Origin: Lama guanicoe
Lineage: Eukaryota
NCBI GenBank assembly: GCA_013239625.1
Contig: MU053376.1
Coordinates: 210,833 to 274,832, forward strand
Length of the DNA: 64,000 nucleotides
Reading direction: 5' to 3'
Shown: one piece after another, positions 12,901-25,454 of the stretch
How the letters are laid out: each line of letters opens with the position of its first letter
Position numbering within the stretch: the first letter of the stretch is position 1
Notes under the pieces: generated by a model
The model's input: only the letters and a program-made list of their open reading frames with translations
What the model was told of the DNA's origin: nothing
Databases searched by the model: none
Program-made: the position numbers and the translations under genes

Positions 12901-15900
12901 CAAAGACCACACAAGGCAGTTGAAAAGGCTGATTTCCCCAAATCTGAACTAAATGAAACGGCTTAAAAAGGAAACCTGGGACCTGCGCTTTGGACGGGTT
13001 TTCACAATGGGTGGTGGCAGGTCTCTGTCCCTGCCCCCTGCCCCTCCTCTGCTCTAGAGTAGAAAGGATTGCTAAACATGGTTTCCAGAGCTGGGCTGGT
13101 AGCATCCAGGCTGATCTTGGATGGCGCCGGGTAGCAAATAAGGAAGCCAAAACAAGCAAGCCGTGTTAAAGGGACGCCAGATACTGGGACACTGCTCTCC
13201 CAACTGGTTATCTTTGTGCTTCAAGGATCATTAGGAACATGGTGGGGGAAACACTATTTGCCAAATGAAAAAAGAGTGAGAAGGAAGAGGGGGGAGGGGG
13301 AGGGGGAGGGAGGGAGGACCAGCCAGCCCAGCCAACCAGAAATGCCATCGTTTCCCCCCCTGGTTCCAGTGAGACAGCCTCAGACGTAAATGTAGTACGG
13401 AGTGTCCCTGGCTATGTCCCTTTAACTCAGTTGATCTCCAGGAGAAGGCAGCAGAAGACAGAAGGGAGCTGTACAGGAGAAGCTTCCTGGGGAGGGGAAG
13501 TGAGTAAGGGGAAGGGATGGGGCCACCTTAGGGCAGATCTTCTGGGGTCACAGTTCAGTGGTCTCCACGTTTTCTGCCCTTGTCTTCCCAGTCTTTCTTG
13601 GACCCACATACATTTCCCTCTTACCCCGTTTAGTTGGCAGCTCCCAGGCAGCCTGGCCTCTGCGTGCCGTGGACAGGGTCGGGCGGTCACCACCCACCCC
13701 CATTCACGGGGCTACAGCATATTAAAACGTTTTCCTCGGATCTGCTTTTTCTACTTCTTTAGCCCAGTTGGAAGTGTTTTTCCAAGATATAAAGTGTGAT
13801 TTAAAAGGCTTTCAAAAGAGCAACAATACTACGAGGTTGAGTCTTTGTAAAAATGGCTGAAAGTCAACAGGCCGTCGACGACATTTTCTTGTAAGGGTCT
13901 GAAGTCAAGCCAGTCTCCGTCTTCTTAGAGCCCATGTGTGTGTGTGTGTGAATGAGATTGTGTTTATTGTATGTGGGGTGTGCCTGCGTGGTGTAGGTGC
14001 GATTGCATGTGGTATGTGTGTCTGTGTGTGTCCACGTCTGCTGCCTGTGTGTCACGCCTGTGTCCTGTGTGTGGCGTGTGCATGCGTGTGCATGTGTGTA
14101 TGTGTGTGTGCGTGTGTGCGTGTGTGTGCGTGTGTAGGAAAAGGCAGATCTACTAACAATCAGGATTTGAGAGGGCGAGGGACGCCCAGGGGCTCCCTGG
14201 TCACGCACAGAGCCCATTCCTTCCCCAGCCGATGGCTCTAAAGCAATGAAGGAAGCCGGAACATTCTCCCCCTGGCCCGCTGCCTCCCATGCTGGGGACC
14301 TGTCAGCCCACGGAGGCCTTGTCTCTGGGAGGGTTCTGTCTCTCCAAAATGTTAGAGAAATTTTGCAAAAAAGCACCGAACCTGGAGCCTGATACATAGC
14401 AAGGGTGGTCTACTAATATTTTTGAGTTTTTCGGAAAAAAGAACAATAAAATAATCACCTCAGCCATCACCCCCCGCCCCCCGGTGCGTGACAAAGTACA
14501 CTCACAGAAAGCCTCACTCAGCCTCCCAGTAACTCTGTGAGGCAGAAAGGGCAGGTTCTCCAGTGTCCGTTTCATGACTGAGAAAACAAAGACCCGGAGA
14601 GACCAAGTGACATTTCCAAGGTTAAAAAAAAAATCGCTGTAAATGGCACAGCTGGAATTAGAGCACAGTGTCTGACCGCGTTCCGGACTCTTCTTATCAT
14701 ACAAAAATGCCTTTTAAAAGATATTATCCTTTGCCTAGGAGGAGGTCCCCTGAAAGGTTATTTCTGAAGCCCCCAGGCTAAGGGCAGAAGCCCCCAGGAA
14801 GGGGCCCTGCTGTCTACACTGAATGCTGGGACAGCAGAGTGGATGGGCCGCAGGGAGGGAAGCCCGCCCCGGAGCCCTGCTCCTCCCCACCCAGCCACTG
14901 TGTACCCTGCGTCCTGCCCACGCTTCCCAGCCCCGCTCAGCTCGGCACCCGGGGACTCACCCCCACGTGGACTGGAGCGTTCATGGTGGGGACACCACGC
15001 ACTCCTCGTGGGACCAAGATGCAACGCCGCTGAGGGCCGGGAGCCATCGCTGCTGATTAGAGTGTGGATACCCGTGTTTCCCGACGCCCAGGGTCTTCTA
15101 TGAGGGTGACCTCCCCGAGACACGAAGACCCCGTGGGAGGAGGGCCACATGGCTTGTGACTAGAGCCACCAGCAGTAGCAGCCATGTCCTTGGATATCAA
15201 GTGACGGTTCTCTCTGCACCGCTAAGAGTCACAGAACCTCCCCATGGCAGCTGTAAACTGAGTCGAAAGCTCAGAGTCATGCCCAAGCTCTGCCAGCCAC
15301 AGGTGTGCGCAGACACAGCCTTGGCGTATTACTTGATCTCTCTGGGCTTTAGTTTCAGCAGCTGCAAAATGCAAGTAATACCAATGCCTACTCTGCAGAG
15401 TTACAAAGAGTAAATGAATGAGGGTCTGTGAAGTGCTTAGAATGGTGTGTGGCACAGAGGAAGCACCCAATTATGGTATCTGCTGCTGCTATTATTATTA
15501 TTATTTCTACTGTCATTAGCATTTCCACCACCCCAGGCTGCCTCCACAGGACAACGGTGTGCACGTCCAAGTCCCCCATGCTTCGTAGCACAGATCCGAG
15601 CATGAGTGTGTGCTCATATAAATGCCCAGCGTACTGACCCTTGGCGTGTCTAAACCCCTGTGGGCATCACGGCCTCCTTGTCCTCAAAAGGCCAGGCAGC
15701 CAAAGGCGGGAGCCCAGGAGCCCACTGCTTCCATTGCACAGGGACACTCACTGCCTCTTCAGGATGCTCGCCTGTAAAGCGGGGCTGATAACACTCCCTC
15801 TGTCTGCAGCATTGAATTCTCAGGAAAACATGAGCCGTGCATCCCCCAAAACTTTGCGGAGCACTAACAAATACTGAATTCACATGATTTAAAAAAATCA

Positions 15901-18900
15901 CCCGAGGGCAGGCCTGCCGTCCTTGGTTTACAAATTATGGAGTTTAACCACAACCTGTGGAACAGGAAAGGATAATTTCCCAGATTCAGGCTAAACTAAA
16001 CCCCTAGCCTCTTAGGCCTGAGCCCAGAGTCCCTCCCTGTCTCTGCAACTCTCTTCGGCAAATATGCAAATTCCCACCTGCCCCCTGGGGGCGGCTCCAT
16101 CTGGGCTAAACAAACAGGAGTTGGCATTAATTATTCATGTGGTCATTTATTATTCTCCCGTCCCCAGGAAACTCCCAGCTGCCCTAAAGGGCTTTGAGGA
16201 GAAGGGGGTGTGAAGGCGCAAACCAAAATATAAGCCACTTTGTTGTGTCCTGGTCGTCCCAACAAAGGCTGTCAAATGGATGGAGGATGAGGAGGTGGGG
16301 CGGAGCAGGGAGAGGTGATGGGAAGACAGGGGGATGGCGAGGGGGGCACCAGCTCTGCCTACCTGCTGATCCAAATACTCTAGGTTTCTTTGCAATTGAA
16401 GGTCTAAAAGTTCATCCTACCCGGGAGCCCGAGGCCCAACGGGAACACAAACAAACAGGAACACGACAGAAGAAAACAATAAAAAGGAAGCAAAGCGGTT
16501 AAGAGTTAGCTGGGCAGCGACAAAGGCCTCTCTGACCTTGAGGAGCTCTGGGGAAGGGAAGGGATGAGGATGCGGGCAGCCACAGAGGCCGCCTGCTGGA
16601 CGCGCCCAGAGAGAGGAGGGACACACCCTCGTGGCTCCCGGGTGGGCCTGGCCCTCCCGGGAGAGGAAAGCACCATGGTGGCCATCTAGCCAGCACTTCC
16701 TAGCAGCTGTCTCTGACTTCTCTGGAAAATTCCATTGTTTTGGGAGGGGTGCATTTGCCGGGTGTCAAGGCTATAGAGTTTGGACACTGGCAGGGGAGAG
16801 TCAGAGGGAGCGGAGTCGGTCAGCCACAGGTCTCTGGGGACAGGGACGTGCCGGGTGGCTCACTGGTTCTCCCCAACTGTTCAAGTGGAACATCTGTGTC
16901 TAGTTCTCCGAGTGGACAGAAGATTTCTCAGGAGAACAAATTCCAGGAAGAAACATAAGTAGAAAGGGGAGAGAAAGTAGGAGGAGACACAATATGGGAA
17001 ATTTTTTTCCTCAATCCCATCTCTCGTCTCCTTCCCCAAAAGTGGCATTCAAGGCAAGGGCAAGCTGGAAGCAAGCACGCTTCGTGGGGAGACTAGAAGA
17101 TTGTGCCTGTTTTGGGAGCTCTAGCCTGGCTTTTCTTCCCAGCCCATAACCTAAGCGCCCTTAGGAGAGGAGGTCCAAGCCCTCTGCACGCCGGAGAGGG
17201 GGACTGTTCTGAGGTCGAGATGATGGGGACATTTCGCATTTCCAGATCTCGTCCCTGCTCCTCTACCGTGTCACAGAGGAGGAGGGGTAACAGGCACCAA
17301 ACTCCAGATCAGAGTCAGAGCCCAGGCCAAATGGGAGGTGGTATCCAGAGGCTGCCCAAAACCAGAGGAGCCAGGAACTGGGCACGGAGCATCCCTGCGT
17401 CTGCCCTAGCTTGGCCCCGCCCTGGGAGGAGAGGTCCTGAGGGGAGGTGGGCTGGGAGGAGAGGACATACCATCTTATCGTGGACCGTGGGGGACGGTGG
17501 GTAGTTGTAGGGGAACAGCCCTGCAGGGACTGGCCGCCTGTCTCCCAGGTAATCATACTGGAAGAGAAAGGGGAGTGGAGAGGTGAGGGGGTCTGGCTGG
17601 GACAAGGACTTCCCCACCAACTGAAGTTCAAGGTTAGGGATGCTTGTATCTTGTCCCAGAGCAGATTTCAAACTAAAATGGACAGCATTTATGCACTGCA
17701 ATATTTTTGCAATGATCTGTCCAGGTCCTCGAGATTTGACAAGGTAGAACCTCTCTGCCCTCTTATATAGATTTAGGGTTCATGACAGAGCCTGGGGACA
17801 GGCACAGAGAGCAGTGTCCCTACTCAGGGGCAAAGCAAAAACCCCAAGGCAGCTCTCCTATGGACAGAACCACAGGGCTAATGGCTCCCTGGGGGCTGCA
17901 TCGCTGGTCCTGCTGACACGGCCCGGTGACTCCACATCCCCAGATGCCCTTGCATCTCCACTTCTTCTCAGCAAATGGACTTAGGCCTCTGGGGGATCTC
18001 AGGGGATGAGGAAGGAGGGGAAGGCTGGTGGCTCACCTTAGGGGAGCTGATGGATCGCCTCATCACATAGGCAGCAGGGTCAGCATAGATGTCCTCACTG
18101 CGAGGTGGCAGCCGCTCAAAACGGGCACTGGGTGAGCGGACGGGGGAGTAAATGCGGGCGCGGCCGTAGGAGCCCTGGCTGGGCGAGCGGGGCACGGAGT
18201 GGGAACGGGGCTGCAAGGACAGGCGGCGCAGGGAGCCGGAGGCAGCATCCAGCTCATCATAATAGACGGGCTGCCGGGAGGGGCTGGGGATCCAGACGGT
18301 GCCGTCCTGCCGCCCATAGCCAGCAGGCTCCTTCCACTCACGCAGCTGGAAGGCGGGGCCGCCTCCGTTCCGGAAGGAGTGACGCTTGTCCTCCAGCGCC
18401 CAGGGCGGGCTGATCCGATCGTAGGCCGGCATCGAGCAGATGCTGTCGGGCCGCACGCCTGGCGGGTAGGGCTGGTAGTCGTCAGGGTACTGGGAGGAGT
18501 AGGGGTTGTAATACTCAGGGACCCTACGGGACACGGGGTAGAACCTGGAGGGACTGAGAGACAGAGGACACTGTAAGTAAGCCAGACAGCATGGGCACGT
18601 CCCCAGCCACCTGCCTGGGCCCCGGCCCCACCTCCATGCCATCCAGCCTAGAGCATATCTGACTAGGTGGTGGAGCCCCGGGCTGACCCTCAGAGCCCAG
18701 GCACTGAACCCTGTTTGCAAAGGTGCAAGGGAAGACCCACCCCCAAAGCCCCCTCCCTCAACCAGCTCCTTGAGGACAGAAATTTCACCATTTGAAGCTT
18801 CCATCTTTGTCTCTTTAAAATGAAATACCCCTGGGGAGAAGCTTGAAGCCTTGTTAGCCATCTCGATCTCAGCATGAACCAACTTATCAGACCCTTTCCA

Positions 18901-21900
18901 GAGAGGCAAATAGTAGAAGGAGTGCAAGAGTACCAGACACCCGGAGCTGAGCAGCAGAGGAGCACAAAGGGGAGGCTTCCCTGACTTTATGATCTTGTCA
19001 AGGACAGAACCAGTAGGTTCCTGGGACGTTACCCGAGCGAGGCGCTCTCCTCAGGGCAGGCCAGCCCAGCAGCCGTGAGCTGCCCTCCTGAGGCTGCTAC
19101 CTGCAGCCCCCGGAGCTGCCCAGACCCCCAGGGAAGGCGTGGCAGCCCCGCTTGCCCTGATGATGAATGCAATCAGGTCCAATAAATGTCTTCGAATCTC
19201 TGAAAGCCAGTCACTAGATAAAGACGTAAACTGGTCTAGGGGGCAGAACTAGGACCAATGAGTGGCAACATTTTGTTTCTGTTTTCAAAACTGCATATAA
19301 ATAATGGTTTCCGAACAACTGGAGCCATTCAGAAATGGAGCAAGTTGGCTTGGCGGTTAGTAAGTCTTGTGCTGGTAGAAACTCAGGAACAGGGGATGTG
19401 GCACAGGGGATGGAAGCAGGGAGGTGTCTGCCTGGAACAGCTTTAAAGCCTGATGCTAGACTGCCTGCATGTTTCAGGCCACCCCGCGTCCTGGCAGGGG
19501 CCCTGGGTGCCCTGTCCGTGCCTCTGAAGGAGGTAGGCAGAGAGATCAAGAATCAGGGGCGGAGGCAAACCCTACAGATAGACCATGGGGCAGGACACGA
19601 CTGGGGCAAGCGAGAAATCCTGGGGTTTTCTTAGTTTCTTCCCAACTCAGCCTGGCTCCCAGCAGGTTTCCAGTGGAGGGTACCTCCACGTCACTCCCCC
19701 AGCCCGGGCTCCCTGCCGGAACGCCAGCCTCACCTCCGAAGGTCTTCAGGAGGGGGCAGCCCTCGGCGCAGGTTCACCCACTGCTGAAGCTGGTTCATGG
19801 AGCTCTTGCGCTGGGCGATCTTGTCGGGGTTGACTCGTGGCGGGAAGCTCTGCCGGTGCCCCCCCCTCTCTGAGTCCTGAGGCGGGAAGGCTGTGCTCCC
19901 TGGCCGGCTCGGGGAGCTGTACTGCCAGCCGTTGGGCTGGGCGGGCCGCTCCCCACCCCCGGGGACCCTTGGGCCCTCGGGGTAAGGGCTGCCGGGCTCC
20001 GAGCCTGGTCCTGGGCCGGCGTGGACGCCATTGGCTTTCACCAGGGGCTCGCTCTTGACTTCTGGCCTCTCGGGCCTCCGCTCCGCCTTCTCGCAGCCCC
20101 GGCCATCACCCTCCCCTCGAGTCTTGGCCTCCGGTTCAGACTTGGGGAGGCTGTTGTGCGGCGGCTGGTGGTGGTGTTTGCTAGGTGGGATGTTCTCCGA
20201 GTCTGGCTTCTCGTGGCTGCGGGATGCCAAGGGAGATGTTGTCAGGGACTCCAGCCCAGCATGGAGTTGGGTGGTGGTGGGGAGACTGGGAAGGAGAAAT
20301 GGAGTAGAGACAAATGGGAAGGGAGACAGCGAAGGAAACAGGATTCAATGAATTACAACTGTTTCCTAAATCCTACCATTTTATCTTCTTGCTCCAGCCT
20401 GGACAACTGTAAAACACAGTTCCAGCTTTCCTGTGCATATGTGCCCGCCCTGGTCCTCTCAGTCTACTCCACGGGCCACTCTCCACTCCCTTCTGCTGAC
20501 CCACCTGGAGTCCAGCCTTCAAGCTGTGGTCAAGACTAACCTCACCCAGACCAGGTCTCCCCTGCAGTCTGTCCCTGACCCAGGCCCCAGACTTGATATG
20601 CACTGCACACTACACATGACAGGAACCTCTCTGATGTCTCAGCCACAGAGGCCGGCCACAGGTCAGAAAGCTCCTTAACCTCCACGAGTCTCGGGCCCCT
20701 CGCTGGCAGGATGGATAAGATGGTACCTCCCCTCACAGGACTGTGAGATCAAACAAGGCAGGCACGCCAGGGGCTGAAGCTGTTGCCCCAAACGTCACAG
20801 GCATAGAGACATGCGAGTTCCCTGCCTCCAGAACAAACTTCCTCCAGGCCTGACGTTCCGTTAGAGTTTAAGCTCCGTGAGGTAGGACCACATCAGACTC
20901 TCCTCCCTTGCTTTCCTAGCACCCTACATGGTGCCTTACACATTTCTACTTCCAAGAAACATTTATGAAGCGAATGAGTACACCCCTTGGTTGAAGCAAA
21001 GATAGAAGCTTATGACAACGTCCTCCCTACACCCTCCCAAATTCAACATATGCCAGCATCCTTGTTGAGACACCGCTTGGTAAACATTTCCAAGTCATGT
21101 AGGTAGACTTGAAGTCTACACTGTCAAACCTCCTTCTGCTGGATCCTTGATCACATCTCACTCAAGACTCCACACCCAGTTCAAGCAGAGACAGGTGCTG
21201 AGGCTCCGGGTGACGGTGGGATGAGGTGACGGGAGCACTCGGATGCTGAGTGCTTACTTTACATACACTACCCAGTTCTCACAGCAACCCCCGAGGTCGG
21301 GTTATCATTCTTGTCTTTGAGGTTCAAAGGTCAAGAAGCTTACACCGAGGTCACACAGTGGGAAAGCAACCAAGTTGGGATTCGAACCCAATTCCCCCTT
21401 CCCACAGAGGCTGTGTGCTTATCAAAACAAGCAAATGACCCTGGCCTTTGGCTCCTGGCCAGGCCCTGATGGAACCTGGCTTCTCTCTTGGCCTCCACCA
21501 GCTCAGAGAGAACAGGAGAAGTGGGTCAGGGGAAGGAGGCTGCAGGCTCTGAAATCACCTAGCCAGGTACCCTGCTGGGAGGCAAGGAGCCAGTTCACAC
21601 GTTCCCAGGGGTTCAAGCCCACACTCTGGGTTCAGCCGTGGCATAGAGGCGATGCTCCTTCAATCTTCCTCTCTCTAGCACTCCCCACGCCCCCCGCCGC
21701 ACTCACTTGTGGCGCGCAGCTTGGGGCACCGACTTCTGGGCTGGGGGGATCTGTACCCGGGCAGCCTCCCCCATGGCCTGGATCCAGGCCTCCTGCTCCT
21801 CGGGGCTCTCGGCACTGAAGAAGTAGGTACGGACCCCGGCATGCTCAGCCTGTGGGGAGAGGCAGTGCGTGGAACTGGCCCCAGCCTCGTCCAGCCAGCA

Positions 21901-24900
21901 CACAGTCACCTGCAGGGAGAAGACACCCCCACCCACAGAATGGGTGGTCAGGCAGGCCGTTCCCATGACCTGTAGCTCTCTGCCCCACGTGGAGCTCAGG
22001 GCAAGGCAAGGAGGCCCACAGCTGTCCCAGGTGCTCCAGCTGGCGCCCAGGTGTCTGCCTTGATTAGCTCTCTGGACACCACTAGGCAGCCCAGTAGACA
22101 GGTAAGCTGACCTGCCCCAACGAAGATGATTATAAGCAGGGGGGACAATTAACCACACCTGCTCTCCCATCAGGTTCCGTCTGAGATTTGATGGACAATG
22201 ACCCCACATGTGGGAGAGATGCCCCCAACCCCAAGCACACGCCCATCTTGGCCCCCGTTTGGCCTCTGAGGAAGCAGCACTATCCCTTCTGTGCAGAGGG
22301 ACAGCCGTGGGCACACGGGGGGACACACACAGACAGTCGGAGCACGCTACCTAGTTGGCGGCCACAAGCGGGCGCGGCAGGCGGGAACCCAGGAGAGAGC
22401 TCCTGTCCAGAGGAGGGGTCCTCACGCGGCCAGAAGGAGGAGAAGCAGAGAACAGGTCAACCGAACACCAGAGGGAGAGACAGGAGACGATGGGACAGGG
22501 ATGTTGAGGAGCAGAGGGAAGTGGGGAGTTATTCAGACCAGCCCCTTCTACTCCATGGCACCGTTGGGACCACAGCACCCAGCGAGGCCCAGTTCAGCCC
22601 ACCAGGAGCAGGGGTGGAGAGCCGGCACCAGGCAATCTGCGCTGGTGGTGGAGAGAAGGCAGGACACCCTGGCACTAACTCTAGATCTGCGATTGCAACC
22701 CACCCGCGGTTTCGCTCTGGCCTTCACTGATACATCTGTTTGATGCGGGGGTGGGGGGGGCACCCAGTGAAACTTTAGGCTCTGAGGCCTCAGGGAAAAG
22801 ATGCTCCAGGGTGAGATTCCTTCTGGGACCTCCAAATACTCCCCAGGTGAGACCTTCAATCTCCCAAAAGCAGCAGCTGGCTTTGTGCATCCCACTCAAC
22901 ACAAGGGATCCCGATGTGACTATGCATCTCAGACGTGAACCTCACTTTGGCCCTGACCCTCTGGAGGCGAAGTCCTGGGTCTCTGGGGGTAGGAAGGAGA
23001 GAAGGGCTCCTCTGACCAAAGACCAGGCTCTCCTAAGTAGCAACGTCAAGTCCACACCCTCCAAGAGCTTTCCCAGCCAGACTTCGTCTACCTCGGTGCC
23101 TTCCCCAACGCACTTCCTTCCCCGGGAGCCATGGCCCAGTGAGGGAGTGTCTAACTCCTCTAGGTCCTGCCAGTCCCCACCCTCCTGTGGCAGGGCCCAC
23201 CATGTGGGCAGAGGCAGGGAGATGCTGACAAAAAGCCAGTGAAGTTGTAAGGAGGCATCTGGGGTTGAAACTGCACAGGGACATGGAGAGCAGGGGTGCA
23301 GGCAAGCCCTCCGAAGTGGAGAACGCAGGGTTATTGCGGAGGAGAGAGACACACAGAGGGGACTAGCGGGTGTGTCCTGGGCTGGCAGGAGTGGGCTGCA
23401 AATAACTAATTTGCCAAGTGTCTAGTGACTGTCCTGTGTGTGCTGAGCTCTGCTCTGGGCACCGGTCACCAGGAAAGCAAAGACATGCTCTCTGCACTTG
23501 AAGAGCTCATGATCAGGCCGGAGGACAAAGCATGCCCATGGAAAAACAAGGAGAGAGCAAAGCATGGGAACAACAGCTTGTGACAGGGGAAGGCAGAGGG
23601 CCTGGGAAAAGGCAGGACAGTCAATGGGGCGCCAGAAGGGGACACCAGCCTGGAAGTGCGAAAGGGGACCAGAGAATTGAGGGAGGTGCCCCATGGGGCG
23701 AGGCCACAGAGCCTCCATGGGGCTGTGTTAGGGAGAGGTTAAGGCACTGAGCAGCCGGCTGGGTGGGAACCGTGCTGGCTCGTTACTGGCCAGCCGAGGG
23801 CTTCTCTTGGTGGCCGCAGCAGGACAAGCCTCCCATCTGTCTCATCTCCCCTCCCTTCCCTGGGGAAAGGCCACTGAATGGCCACAATCGGAACCCTTTG
23901 TGGGTCACAGAGCACAGCCCTGAGTTGGGTTTCAAAGAGGCAGCGCACGCCTCAGGGAAAGGGGAGGGAGGGGAGGAGCTGATGGGCGCAGAGGCCCGGG
24001 GCTTGTGGCGGGGGGTGCGTCAGTCACTCCAGACGGTGATCTGCCGTGGGCTGCCGGCAGGGCTCCGGGCGCCAGCGTGTGCGTGTCTGTGCACAGGTCT
24101 GGAGGGGAGGGTGAGACAGCCCGTCTGACTGTGTGGGTGTGTGTGTGCGTCTGTGGATGGCAGGACTGTTTGTTGTTGGTTAAACAGCCTGTGTCTGCTT
24201 CCCCAGCTACAACCCGGCTCCCGGGAGCCAGAGTTCTATTGATTGTTCATCTGCAGGCAGGACCCTGGGGGGCTGGAAACTATGTGCCAAAGTCTCTCCC
24301 GGTTTCCCCCGAGCGGCACCTGAGCTTCTGTCCACCTGTCTTCTGCGGCCAGGGGACCAGAGCTGCAGGACAGAAAGGGGCAGCATCTCTGGGACCCCAG
24401 GAGCTCAGACACTGCCCTGGAGTGACCTGTGGGTTTTCAAGGTCTTAGGCAGCAATTCGCAACTAGGGGAGAGAGGGCTTTGTGCTAAGAAAATGCACAA
24501 TGGTTGATGTCATAACTTTATATTTGGAAAATGAGAAAGAACCTATGATCTTTTGCATCATAAAATATAAAAAAGGGCATGGAATGTTTTTTATCGTTTT
24601 TAGTGGGCCGTGAATTTTTAAATGTGGAGAAATACTGGTCTAGGATGAGCTGCAGCAGCTCAGTTTCGATGGGTAGATCCCCGCACCCAGGGGTCCCAAG
24701 AGTCGTGCTCAACAGGCAGGTGAGGGCCATCTCCCTGGGCCCTTATTCCCCCAAACTGTGCCTCAGTGAAGCCTGTAGCTCTTGATTATAATAAAACTCA
24801 ATTCCTAATTTTCTCTGAAGATTGAAAATTGAGTAAGTTTGACTAGGCGTCTAGTTCCCTAGGCACATGGTGGAGTGGAAGACTTTCCAGAACGAATCTC

Positions 24901-25409
24901 AGAACCATGCCAGCCCACAGCTCCTGCCTCCACTGGATTTCCCAGGTGCCACTGGGCAGAGGGTCCATGGGCTCAGGACGTAGCCATTTCTCTCCTAGGA
25001 AAGACTGTGGGACCAGCGAAGCACACCTCTACAGGCTTCCGCTGGGGAGGATTACCCGCCTGATCCCTGAGAGAGGAGAAGGGTGGCCGGGTCCGGCTCC
25101 CATGAGCCTCACAACAGCCAGCACTGAGTGCAGGGACCACTGCCTGCTCCCTCCCCCGCCGCTGCCACTGCCACCACTCGGGGTTTCCTAAAGGAGGTGG
25201 TTCTTGATCCTGCTCCAGGCCCTCAGGCTCTAGAGGGGCGGGCCTCCCTGTACCCCCTGACCTGGAAGAGGAAGGCCAACTGACCTTAAAGGTGTGTTTC
25301 CGGCTGATGTTGTCCGAGGGCTGCACCGCGGCCACCCGGAAGCTCAGGAGGGGGATGCTGCCCAGAACGCTCTCCTCCTTCTCATCTGTTGCAAAAGGAG
25401 GCTCAGTGA

Positions 25410-25454
<45 letters not shown>

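Noticed and set aside
13289..13317. G-run tract with G-quadruplex potential
   Set aside because: Simple purine repeat of a kind common in GC-rich introns; no further context.
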